Notes: generated by a model from the sequence alone, not told the origin. A stretch of 35,124 nt of DNA from a virus (IMGVR_UViG_3300032318_000902:1-35124), one strand, 5' to 3'; positions 27,350 to 34,809 are shown, counted from the first letter of the stretch. Program-made: numbers and translations.

Positions 27350-27894
27350 AGTGTTATTGTTTTAAATGAAGATACAAAATGTTTTGCCGTTGTTCCGGTG
27401 TTTTCTTCCGTTGCTTTTGCCTCAACCTTTACACGTGGTTTCCTTTTGCGGCGCTTGATTGGCTCAGGTGCATTGATTCCATAAGCCTCCACGCCCTTGT
27501 CAACAAAGTTGATTTCCAGCAGGTAACCAAAAACAACGATGGTTCCCACGAATAAAAACATGGTGATAAATTCGCCGCCTTCGTATTGTTCCTGCAAGCC
27601 GAAGAAAATTTCAACCAATGCTACAAGCGTCGCGCCTAATGCTATTTTAGGTGGGTAAGTACTTCTACCCTTAGTCGGATTAAGAAAGTCCATGAAAACC
27701 ACGGCAAAGCGTCCGAGCTGCAAGATGCTTGCCGCAATGATCGCAAGCCAAAAGTCAATAGGGAGAAAAATGGCGGTTAGGTAGGCGTTGATGCCATACG
27801 TTAGGATAATGGTTAAAAGCATGATGGTTGGAATGTTATCTGAGATTGACTCAAATGTCCATTTAAATTGAAGGTTGTTAAAATTCTTTTCCAT
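27346..27894 (-). CDS. Integral membrane protein (about 4 TM) with a basic C-terminal tail
   Basis: Four hydrophobic segments, then KRRKRKPRVK. Confidence 0.75.
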   Translation of the reverse strand: MEKNFNNLQFKWTFESISDNIPTIMLLTIILTYGINAYLTAIFLPIDFWLAIIAASILQLGRFAVVFMDFLNPTKGRSTYPPKIALGATLVALVEIFFGLQEQYEGGEFITMFLFVGTIVVFGYLLEINFVDKGVEAYGINAPEPIKRRKRKPRVKVEAKATEENTGTTAKHFVSSFKTITL

Positions 27895-27918
27895 TTGATT
27901 TTGTTTTTTGTTGTGTGT

Positions 27919-27949
27919 AAAAAAGTAGGGCAGCTGGGGGACTGCCCTG
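27919..27949 (-). terminator. Rho-independent terminator
   Basis: AGGGCAG/CTGCCCT stem followed by ACTTTTTT on the - strand, just after gene 27962-28165. Confidence 0.65.
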
Positions 27950-27961
27950 TAAGGTGATTAT

Positions 27962-28165
27962 TTAGTTTTCGTTTCTGATTATTTTAAAATCTTTAAAGGA
28001 TTTTTGATAGTCAGCAAGAGTCCCAAAACTATTTCTATTTGGGCAAAACCAACTCTTGTCAGTTATTCTTGTTATTATCCTTTCTATTTTGCTACCTGAA
28101 TAATTAGTAAATGATATAGTATCACCTACTTTTAGATTCCAAATATTTGTTTTTACAGCTGACAT
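27962..28165 (-). CDS. Small hypothetical protein (moron-like, with its own promoter and terminator)
   Basis: 67 aa and AT-rich, with an SH3-like LKVGDTI start. Confidence 0.65.
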   Translation of the reverse strand: MSAVKTNIWNLKVGDTISFTNYSGSKIERIITRITDKSWFCPNRNSFGTLADYQKSFKDFKIIRNEN

Positions 28166-28211
28166 AATCTTTTTTTTAAGTGGCGAAATATCGTTTTGTT
28201 TGTTTCGATAT

Positions 28212-28270
28212 GTAAATATATAAATAAATATTTAAACAAAAAAATATTTACACAAATAAATAAAAAAAAA
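28212..28270 (-). promoter_or_regulatory. Repeated early promoter/operator, copy A
   Basis: + strand GTAAATATATAAATAAATATTTAAACAAAAAAATATTTACACAAATAAA, homologous to the copies at 29425 and 33964. Confidence 0.7.
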
Positions 28271-29113
28271 TTAAAAAACATTGTATTCTTTCTTCAAAGG
28301 GAAGTTATCCCTTTTGATCTGCCAGTACTCAGCCATTAATGAGGCACGGAATTTGTAATCGGTGTCAGTGTGATAACCTGATTTATAAACACATTTACAA
28401 ATGGATTCATACAACCGTATCCCTTTCATCTTGTAATTTGCCTTCTTACATTCCGCGTACCTTCCTGAGTTCAAAACACCCGCCCAAAGCTTCATGCCTT
28501 CTTCCGTGCTGGATGCCTTCATGAACTTGGCACGAATGTATTTGTCCCGTCCGCGAATGACCTCCCGTGTTTTGTAAGTAACTGACTTTTGATTTTTCAA
28601 AGCCTTGACGCCGCCAGCGTTGGCGTGCTTGCGCCAAAGTTCGGTTTCAACCCCTGAGGTGGTTGCCTCAATGATGAAAAATGAATAGATCATGGAAACG
28701 GGAAAGTCGGTCAGATAATGCACGTTCATTAACATGGCTTCGTAAGAATAGGCAAGCCATATACGACGCATTTTAAAAAGGTCAATTTTATCAAGGTTTC
28801 GGAAACCTTTGCCTTCAAGATTTTTCCTTAATTCATGGATATTCATTTTACGTATTTCCCAACCGTATGATCTTGAGCCATAAGCCATTTCGTTGACCTC
28901 GCTTTTTTCTTCCTTTGCTGGGAATGTCAGCGTTGTAATTTTGTGAACATATATCGTATCGCGTTCAATAATTGGCACGAAGGAAGTATAATGATATTGA
29001 GTATTTATTGGGGAGTAAATCAACCCAACCACGAAGGCAACGCCAACGCCTGCGGCGACTTGGTAAGGTAGGCGTTTGTTTTGTGGAACGTAATCAATAA
29101 TTCTGTCTTTCAT
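28271..29113 (-). CDS. Membrane-anchored GH73-like (glucosaminidase/FlgJ-type) peptidoglycan hydrolase
   Basis: N-terminal TM VAAGVGVAFVVGLIY. Catalytic-like IIEA, NAGGVKA, TREV...AKF and GYHTDTDY (compare the GH73 YATDPxY motif). Confidence 0.75.
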   Translation of the reverse strand: MKDRIIDYVPQNKRLPYQVAAGVGVAFVVGLIYSPINTQYHYTSFVPIIERDTIYVHKITTLTFPAKEEKSEVNEMAYGSRSYGWEIRKMNIHELRKNLEGKGFRNLDKIDLFKMRRIWLAYSYEAMLMNVHYLTDFPVSMIYSFFIIEATTSGVETELWRKHANAGGVKALKNQKSVTYKTREVIRGRDKYIRAKFMKASSTEEGMKLWAGVLNSGRYAECKKANYKMKGIRLYESICKCVYKSGYHTDTDYKFRASLMAEYWQIKRDNFPLKKEYNVF

Positions 29114-29379
29114 GGCCTTTCAATTACTGGTTCAGCGTAAAAATATCCACCGTCGTATTCGATGGTTTCGTCGTTGGCGTCTGCAATGACATTGCCGTCA
29201 CAATCGCGAATAAGTCCACCGTAAACAAATTCGTCCTCAGGAAAATAATCCTCATTGCGCATTTTTTCGTAAAACTTTTCAACGGCTTCTCGCTTGGTAA
29301 AGGCTTCGATTTCATAGTTTAAATCCTGGTATCTTGTGGCGTTGCCAAAGTACATAACGGCATAAAGTGTGGTTTCCAT
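29110..29379 (-). CDS. Acidic hypothetical protein
   Basis: 89 aa, downstream of promoter copy B. Confidence 0.7.
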   Translation of the reverse strand: METTLYAVMYFGNATRYQDLNYEIEAFTKREAVEKFYEKMRNEDYFPEDEFVYGGLIRDCDGNVIADANDETIEYDGGYFYAEPVIERP

Positions 29380-29424
29380 AATTTGTTTTTTAAGATTTGT
29401 AAACTGGTTAATTCCTTTCGGTTC

Positions 29425-29484
29425 GTAAATTTAATATTATTTATTTGAATAAAAAAATATTTACAAAAATAAAATAAAAAAAAA
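29425..29484 (-). promoter_or_regulatory. Repeated early promoter/operator, copy B
   Basis: Shares TTATTTGAATAAAAAAATATTTACAAAAATAAA exactly with copy C. Confidence 0.7.
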
Positions 29485-29508
29485 TGTCCGTATCATTTGA
29501 CACGGACA
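29476..29508 (-). terminator. Rho-independent terminator abutting promoter copy B
   Basis: TGTCCGT/ACGGACA stem (29485-29508) followed by T9 on the - strand. Confidence 0.75.
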
Positions 29509-29536
29509 CAAAAGAACACTTTTAACAACTAAACAC

Positions 29537-29683
29537 TCATTTCCTATATTCGCCAAACTTTGAGATACTTATCTCAAAGTTTTTTACGTCAATTTTCAAT
29601 TCTTTAAATTGTTCCAGCGCCTTCTCCACGCTTTCGGCTTCAATAATCATTCGTTTGTCATTGTACTTAATTTCGTATTTCAT
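29537..29683 (-). CDS. Small hypothetical protein (48 aa; not in the ORF track)
   Basis: MKYEIKYNDKRMIIEAESVEKALEQFKELKIDVKNFEISISKFGEYRK. Its ATG overlaps the upstream TAA. Confidence 0.65.
   Translation of the reverse strand: MKYEIKYNDKRMIIEAESVEKALEQFKELKIDVKNFEISISKFGEYRK
29555..29582. repeat. Perfect 13-bp inverted repeat with a 2-nt spacer
   Basis: AAACTTTGAGATA-ct-TATCTCAAAGTTT. Confidence 0.85.
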
Positions 29684-29811
29684 TAGTACCATTTTTTTAA
29701 AGTGTCAACAATGAAATAAATGGCAAAAGCCAAAGTAACAATGCCTCCAGCTGCAACAAAGATACTGGCAGCGTCTTTAATTAATTTTTGCTTTTCGTTT
29801 TCAGTTAGCAT
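29683..29811 (-). CDS. Small single-TM protein (42 aa; not in the ORF track)
   Basis: MLTENEKQKLIKDAASIFVAAGGIVTLAFAIYFIVDTLKKWY. Overlaps the flanking genes. Confidence 0.65.
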   Translation of the reverse strand: MLTENEKQKLIKDAASIFVAAGGIVTLAFAIYFIVDTLKKWY

Positions 29812-30056
29812 GATTCTTTTTTTTTGTTTTCTCGATAAATAGCCATTTTAGCTAATAATAGATCCTTATTGTTTTTGTAATAAATTCTACTTCTTTCCCT
29901 TACTTTTTCAAGTTGTTCTGGTGTCCAACTTTCGCGCACTTTCTTTCGGTATTGACTATTTTGCAACTTTCTTTTTTCTTTTTGGAATCGGCTTAAATTT
30001 TTTCTCCATTGAACCATATAAGCGGCTCGCTTTGCTTTCTTTTCTTCGTCGGTCAT
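29805..30056 (-). CDS. Basic helical hypothetical protein
   Basis: 83 aa, K/R-rich. Confidence 0.7.
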   Translation of the reverse strand: MTDEEKKAKRAAYMVQWRKNLSRFQKEKRKLQNSQYRKKVRESWTPEQLEKVRERSRIYYKNNKDLLLAKMAIYRENKKKESC

Positions 30057-30592
30057 GGCTGCTTATTTAGATAATTCTTTGAGGCGACTGGATCTTTGCC
30101 CTGATTTGAATATTTAGCATCTTCTTTTTTATCATAGCTTACATTTGGCATCTCTGAAATATCTTGATAAGTCAGCTGGGCAATTTTCATGCCTGCGTAA
30201 ATCTTCAGCGGTTGAATCACTAAAAGTTCCAGCGTCCAATGTCCGGCAAAGCCAATATCGCCAAATCCGGCTGTGATGTGTACGAATAAACCTAATCTTC
30301 CTAAAGAAGATTTTCCTTGCAAAATTGGCACGTGTTTTAAGGTTTGGGTATATTCAACAGTTGAGGCAAGATAAACAATGCCAGGCTGCAAAATTATCCC
30401 TTCATCGGGAATAATGATTGTTGTGGATGGGTTTTTCTTGCGCACGTCCAACACGCGCTCCGTGTAAAGCACCAAGGTATTTGACAAAGTAAGGTCGTAT
30501 GAATTGGTGCCAAGGTTCTCAGGGTTAAAAGGCTCAATGACGATATTACCTTCCGCGATTTCGTCGTTAATTGTCTTGTCAGTTAAAATCAT
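30053..30592 (-). CDS. dcd: dCTP deaminase
   Basis: MILTDKTI, NSYDLTL, GKSSLGRLGL, TAGFGDIGFAGHWTLEL, KIAQL and KYSNQ. Confidence 0.92.
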   Translation of the reverse strand: MILTDKTINDEIAEGNIVIEPFNPENLGTNSYDLTLSNTLVLYTERVLDVRKKNPSTTIIIPDEGIILQPGIVYLASTVEYTQTLKHVPILQGKSSLGRLGLFVHITAGFGDIGFAGHWTLELLVIQPLKIYAGMKIAQLTYQDISEMPNVSYDKKEDAKYSNQGKDPVASKNYLNKQP

Positions 30593-30801
30593 TTTGTTTT
30601 GTTTTTAAAAGTTTCGTTGTAATATTGTTCTGATTGTTTTGTTGCTTCCATTTCCATTGAAGTTATAAGACCAATCAAATGAGCATCTTTTATCTGCTCC
30701 TTTTCCTTTTCTTTGGCTTGTTCAATTTCATCTCTTAATCCCTCTTGTTGAATTAATGGTAATTTTTCTACAAACCATTCAACTGCCGTTTTTATATTCA
30801 T
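30589..30801 (-). CDS. Small phage protein, KTAVEW family, paralog 1
   Basis: KTAVEWF...QAKEKEKEQIKDAH...EQYYNETFK. Confidence 0.75.
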   Translation of the reverse strand: MNIKTAVEWFVEKLPLIQQEGLRDEIEQAKEKEKEQIKDAHLIGLITSMEMEATKQSEQYYNETFKNKTK

Positions 30802-31079
30802 TTTGTTTCGTTTTTAAAAGTTTCTTCGTAATATTCTTCGGCTTGTTTTGTTATTTCCACTTTAATTTCATCAACTGAAAATCCTTTGTAATTTTTCATT
30901 ATTAAAGGTTCAATGATTCCAGTTATATGAGAATTAATAATCTGCTTCTTTTCCATTTCTTTAGCTTCTTCAATTAATATTTCAAGATATTCTTTATGCG
31001 CATTTGATTGAATGCCGCTATACATTGGTTCGCATTGGTTTAATTTTTCAACCAACCATTCAACTGCTGTTTGTTTCAT
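30798..31079 (-). CDS. Small phage protein, KTAVEW family, paralog 2
   Basis: KQTAVEWL...EAKEMEKKQIINSH...EEYYEETFK. Confidence 0.75.
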   Translation of the reverse strand: MKQTAVEWLVEKLNQCEPMYSGIQSNAHKEYLEILIEEAKEMEKKQIINSHITGIIEPLIMKNYKGFSVDEIKVEITKQAEEYYEETFKNETK

Positions 31080-31435
31080 TTGTCGTATTTTTTACGGTTA
31101 TCAAAATCCTTTTTAGTAAAATAATATTCAGTCAACATTTGGGCGTTGCATTGTAGGTGTGCAGCGTGTAAACAACCGTCCTCTGGGTCAATGTCCTCAC
31201 CCAGGCGAATGGCTTCAAGGTGACGCAAAGCGGAGGCTATAACTTCAGTCCATGGCATACCTTTTTCCCAGTTGCCTGCGGGATATTTATCAAGTCTTTT
31301 TGTCCAAACTTTGGCACATTCACGGTTAGCCAACGGGGGAATAAGGTCGTACCTGATTTTTTCATCATTGAACCTTAATCCCTTTGTATCTGAACTCATT
31401 ATCTTTTTCAATTCACTTTCCAATTCATCGGTCAT
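31076..31435 (-). CDS. dATP/dGTP diphosphohydrolase-like domain protein (DUF5664-like)
   Basis: GLRFNDEKIRYDLIP...KY..GNWEKG...SALRHL...GEDIDPEDG..HAAH..CNA. Confidence 0.8.
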   Translation of the reverse strand: MTDELESELKKIMSSDTKGLRFNDEKIRYDLIPPLANRECAKVWTKRLDKYPAGNWEKGMPWTEVIASALRHLEAIRLGEDIDPEDGCLHAAHLQCNAQMLTEYYFTKKDFDNRKKYDK

Positions 31436-31446
31436 GGCTTATTTTT

Positions 31447-32049
31447 TTAATGGCTGTGTAAAAAACTTTTGTAAACCTCGCTTATCTGCTTACAAGTTTG
31501 CTCAATCAAAACAATGGCTTTTAATAAATCGTCCATTTCAAAGGTATGGTTTAATTCATAACTTTCACCCGTGAAAGATAAGCCGTCTTTCGTTCTCTTT
31601 GTCCCTAACCAGTTGATTTGGCTTTCGGGAATCCTGTCACCGTTTACAAACATTGCCAGGGCGTAAACTTTCATTTGAAGGCTATCTTTCAACGTGTCCA
31701 TTGTCCACGGTCTGCCTGAGGTTTTGAAGTCAATGACGCGGTTATTCTCCCTGTCCCATGCGTCAATGTAACCAACGACTTGAATGTCATTGATGCTCAG
31801 GCTAATTGGTTTCTCAGCCTCAAGCCCTTTAAAGACTTGAATCTTGTCAATGTAAAAATCTGGAAAGGTTTCCATGATTATACCGTTTTTTATAAACGCT
31901 TCCGTGTCCTCGGCAAAGCGTTTGCCAAAGTCCATGTAAATGGATGGTTCTTCGGGAAGGTTTAAAAAGTAACGGTCAATGTACTTTTGTCGGTCAGAGT
32001 ACCATAGATTAATTTGGCTGACTGATATATATTTTTTTGGAAGGAGCAT
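31447..32049 (-). CDS. PD-(D/E)XK nuclease (phage exonuclease-like)
   Basis: ISVSQI, EAEKPI, GYIDAW, VIDFKTS and QMKVYA. Confidence 0.85.
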   Translation of the reverse strand: MLLPKKYISVSQINLWYSDRQKYIDRYFLNLPEEPSIYMDFGKRFAEDTEAFIKNGIIMETFPDFYIDKIQVFKGLEAEKPISLSINDIQVVGYIDAWDRENNRVIDFKTSGRPWTMDTLKDSLQMKVYALAMFVNGDRIPESQINWLGTKRTKDGLSFTGESYELNHTFEMDDLLKAIVLIEQTCKQISEVYKSFLHSH

Positions 32050-32063
32050 GGTTTTTTTTGTTT

Positions 32064-32288
32064 TTAAAATGGGAATTTTTCGTCGCTTATAAGTCCATCG
32101 GTATATTTAACGCCTTCTTCGTATCCTTTTTCAAAAGCCTTAGCAATTTCCTCAGCATACATTTTCTTTGCATCGTTTAAAGCATCAATTAAAAAACCTG
32201 TATCAATACTTCTATTTTGAATAATAAAAAGCGATACTTTGCTTTCGTAATATTCCAAAGACGTTTCTTTTTCTTCTTGGTTTTCCAT
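32064..32288 (-). CDS. Hypothetical protein (distantly KTAVEW-like)
   Basis: ATG 32288 follows an A-rich leader and is preferred. Contains AKKMYAEEIAKAFEKG. Confidence 0.65.
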   Translation of the reverse strand: MENQEEKETSLEYYESKVSLFIIQNRSIDTGFLIDALNDAKKMYAEEIAKAFEKGYEEGVKYTDGLISDEKFPF

Positions 32289-32313
32289 GTTTCTTTTGTT
32301 TTTGCGGCGCGGT

Positions 32314-32341
32314 AAAACCCCAGCCATATTTCAGGCTGGGG
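32314..32341 (-). terminator. Probable terminator
   Basis: CCCCAGCC/GGCTGGGG 8-bp stem followed by TTTT on the - strand. Confidence 0.6.
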
Positions 32342-32360
32342 AAAAAACGTACCAAATTGA

Positions 32361-32819
32361 TTAAAAATATTTTCCGATTTGAATAAAGATCGTGGCAGCG
32401 GCTGGTTGCGCCTGGGCAGGCTCAAGTCCTGAGGCTTGCAACTGGTGAAATATGTCCGCATATACCGAGGTCATAAACGTGGCTTTCTCGGTTATCTCAT
32501 CGGGTGTTAGCTTACCGTTGTTTTTAGGGGCTACATTTGCCGCCTGTTGCACGTTTGCGCCTTCGGTGGGTGTTTGTACCTTTTCAGGTATTTCGTCGGC
32601 TGTGACCATGTCAAAAGCGACTTTATAACTTTTGCCGTCGTGAATAATGGTCACGGCGTCATCTTTCTTGAGTGCCATTAACTTTGTGTCATCTGGTTTT
32701 CCGTAAACCCTGATGTCCGTTCCGTTATCTAATGTGATTGCGGCGTTAATGGATGGTCCATATTGACCCTCGAACACTTTGCCCGCCGTGTATTTAACCT
32801 TGCCTTTTAGAATATTCAT
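32361..32819 (-). CDS. Hypothetical protein, possibly OB-fold ssDNA-binding
   Basis: Beta-rich N-terminal half, a linker and a helical C-terminus. Lies near the exonuclease. Confidence 0.55.
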   Translation of the reverse strand: MNILKGKVKYTAGKVFEGQYGPSINAAITLDNGTDIRVYGKPDDTKLMALKKDDAVTIIHDGKSYKVAFDMVTADEIPEKVQTPTEGANVQQAANVAPKNNGKLTPDEITEKATFMTSVYADIFHQLQASGLEPAQAQPAAATIFIQIGKYF

Positions 32820-33054
32820 TTCCTGCTTGAATTTGAAAATTTAATGAATCGTACCACATTTGTTTTTTATGGTCGCTTATTTTTTTCCAGTTGATTTCGT
32901 CGTCGTATTTAACCTTTTTACCAGTACAAAAGTATTTTTCAAGTTCACCCACTCCGCGTTCCCTCCACCATTTTTTTAGGTGAAGGGGTTCAACGATGTG
33001 CGAAGGACAAATGGTCAATGAGGCATTGAGCGCGAAGTCTTGTATGTTGATCAT
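32794..33054 (-). CDS. Hypothetical protein
   Basis: ATG 33054 overlaps the upstream TGA (ATGA). Confidence 0.65.
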   Translation of the reverse strand: MINIQDFALNASLTICPSHIVEPLHLKKWWRERGVGELEKYFCTGKKVKYDDEINWKKISDHKKQMWYDSLNFQIQAGNEYSKRQG

Positions 33055-33392
33055 TGTACTGGTATTTTTTCCATTTCCTTTAATGCTTCCGTGCAATATT
33101 CAATGATGCTAATATTTAATTTAAACAACCTTGAATCTTTGTTATTTGCGGCGTGTCCTTCAAATTTGTGCATCATTCCCAAAACTTCATCTTTGTAAAA
33201 TTGATACGGCCTTGTCTTGTAAACATCGGATAGTCTGTGTGTATAGCGAAGGCAATACATATACATATCTAAAGACATAAGCCAGTCATTGTTGGCTTCC
33301 TTTTGCAGCTTAGCAATTTCATCCCTTAGCTTAATTTGCGTTTCTTCGTAATAATTTAGAAGCCTGTCGGCTTGTTCTAATGAATTGTTCAT
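33051..33392 (-). CDS. Hypothetical protein
   Basis: 113-aa ORF with an A-rich leader. Confidence 0.7.
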   Translation of the reverse strand: MNNSLEQADRLLNYYEETQIKLRDEIAKLQKEANNDWLMSLDMYMYCLRYTHRLSDVYKTRPYQFYKDEVLGMMHKFEGHAANNKDSRLFKLNISIIEYCTEALKEMEKIPVQ

Positions 33393-33405
33393 TTTTGGTT
33401 TGTTT

Positions 33406-33669
33406 TTAAAGTGATTGATTTGTTAATATTACCCAGTCTATTTCGTTCTCAGCCACAAGGGGCATAAGGTTGTAATGGGTGATTAATGGATATAATTCAA
33501 GGTCAATGTCATGCGGCTCAAATGTCCAGCCGTGGATCTCCATGTTATCCTCGGGGGAATAATTCTTTGTTTGCCCATACAAGCCGAAGCCGTGGGAAAA
33601 AGTCACGTGTACAAAGTGACCCAGCTTTTTATCAAGGCAACATTTAACCGTGTATTTTGTAATATTCAT
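33406..33669 (-). CDS. Hypothetical protein
   Basis: 87-aa ORF. Confidence 0.7.
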   Translation of the reverse strand: MNITKYTVKCCLDKKLGHFVHVTFSHGFGLYGQTKNYSPEDNMEIHGWTFEPHDIDLELYPLITHYNLMPLVAENEIDWVILTNQSL

Positions 33670-33688
33670 TTGGTAAGTTTTTAAAGGT

Positions 33689-33708
33689 GGGCGGATTGGT
33701 TACCGCCC
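33689..33708 (-). terminator. Hairpin / weak terminator after gene 33716-33934
   Basis: GGGCGG/CCGCCC stem with only a short U-tract. Confidence 0.4.
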
Positions 33709-33715
33709 TGATTAA

Positions 33716-33934
33716 TTAATAATTTACTCTTCTTGCGCCTACTAACTGGTTTTCATTGAACTTGCATTGCTGCACTGCTATCATTAAGCATTCAGAATAA
33801 TCTTTGCCATCGGTTACAATGAAAGAACATTTACTATTTCTTCCTTCTTTCAATGCGCCAGTTTTTGTAACGGCTTGTTTTACACTTGAATGTTTAGTGT
33901 ACAAAAATCTCCAAGATTGCATTTCGTTTGTCAT
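33716..33934 (-). CDS. Small hypothetical protein (moron-like)
   Basis: 72 aa, directly after promoter copy C. Confidence 0.6.
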   Translation of the reverse strand: MTNEMQSWRFLYTKHSSVKQAVTKTGALKEGRNSKCSFIVTDGKDYSECLMIAVQQCKFNENQLVGARRVNY

Positions 33935-33963
33935 GATTGATACGTTTTTGTTATTTTCAATAC

Positions 33964-34022
33964 GTAAATTTAAAAATAATTATTTGAATAAAAAAATATT
34001 TACAAAAATAAATTAAAAAAAA
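33964..34022 (-). promoter_or_regulatory. Repeated early promoter/operator, copy C
   Basis: GTAAATTTAAAAATAATTATTTGAATAAAAAAATATTTACAAAAATAAA. Confidence 0.7.
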
Positions 34023-34047
34023 GTGAGGCATAATTTCTATGCCCCAC
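34015..34047 (-). terminator. Rho-independent terminator abutting promoter copy C
   Basis: - strand GTGGGGCATA-gaaat-TATGCCTCAC followed by T8. Confidence 0.75.
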
Positions 34048-34071
34048 CAAAACAAAACCAAATCATGAAAA

Positions 34072-34809
34072 TTATTCCCTTAGCAACACCTTGCGCCAGA
34101 CGGCTAACTTGTAAGCAAGTGCGCGCGCGCGTGGCATATTTCCTTCCTCAATCTTGCGCAAATGATTCTTGCGATCGATCATGTTATCCGAGTCAGGCTT
34201 TTCTTGCTTTGCCATTTCCTGCGCCTCAGCCCACAATGCTTCTTTTTCTCCTTCCTTCCATTCATTGATATAACCACGCTTTACACATTCGTCGTACCAA
34301 AATACGGGTATTTCTTCCAGCGGCTTTTGAAAGTTTTTCAGCTTATTATCAAAGTCCTTATCGTATTCCTCAGCAACCTTCCCCAGGCGTTTAATCCGAT
34401 CTTCTTCTTCCTTCTTCGCCTGCAAATCGGAATCCATTGCGAAATATATCTTTTGCCGCCAGTTAATATACGCGGTAAGGATTCTCCCAATGGCATGAAG
34501 GTCAACTTTGCCATAAAGTTTGTGGTCATTTATATCAAGTTCCTGTTTTGCAAATTTTTCAAAAGCCAATTTTATTTCATCCACGGCAAGTAACTTGTAA
34601 TTTGAAATAAAGTCCGTGACCTCCATTAAGTGTTCTGGCTTTGGCTCAATGCCATACACGGGGAGTAAGTGGCTGAGGACTTGCGCAATCTTTGGTATGG
34701 CTTCCTTTGTTCCTGTTTTAAAAATCCTAAGTTCGCGGTTCTGAATAACAAGCTGCACGTCTTGTATTTTCTCTTCCACGCGGTTTGCAATCATTGGTAA
34801 ATTGTTCAT
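34072..34809 (-). CDS. Hypothetical replication-associated protein (possible helicase loader-like)
   Basis: 245 aa and helical, with LAVDEIKLAF. Follows the putative initiator gene. Confidence 0.5.
   Translation of the reverse strand: MNNLPMIANRVEEKIQDVQLVIQNRELRIFKTGTKEAIPKIAQVLSHLLPVYGIEPKPEHLMEVTDFISNYKLLAVDEIKLAFEKFAKQELDINDHKLYGKVDLHAIGRILTAYINWRQKIYFAMDSDLQAKKEEEDRIKRLGKVAEEYDKDFDNKLKNFQKPLEEIPVFWYDECVKRGYINEWKEGEKEALWAEAQEMAKQEKPDSDNMIDRKNHLRKIEEGNMPRARALAYKLAVWRKVLLRE

Noticed and set aside
31447-32049. Cas4 / CRISPR-associated nuclease
   Set aside because: It lacks the four-Cys Fe-S cluster motif and any cas context, so it is an ordinary phage PD-(D/E)XK nuclease.
28212-34022. AT-rich repeats as a CRISPR array or att sites
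   Set aside because: The copies are kilobases apart, degenerate and located upstream of genes. There is no spacer periodicity and no integrase in the window.
34120-34131. (GC)n alternating run
   Set aside because: It is short and explained by coding for PRARA in the - strand gene.
253-34593. Many alternative-frame and antisense ORFs in the track (e.g. 2281-2583, 4510-4962, 14801-15322, 23592-24002, 34162-34593)
   Set aside because: They lie wholly within well-supported genes, lack recognisable motifs and lack plausible initiation regions. They are shadow ORFs.
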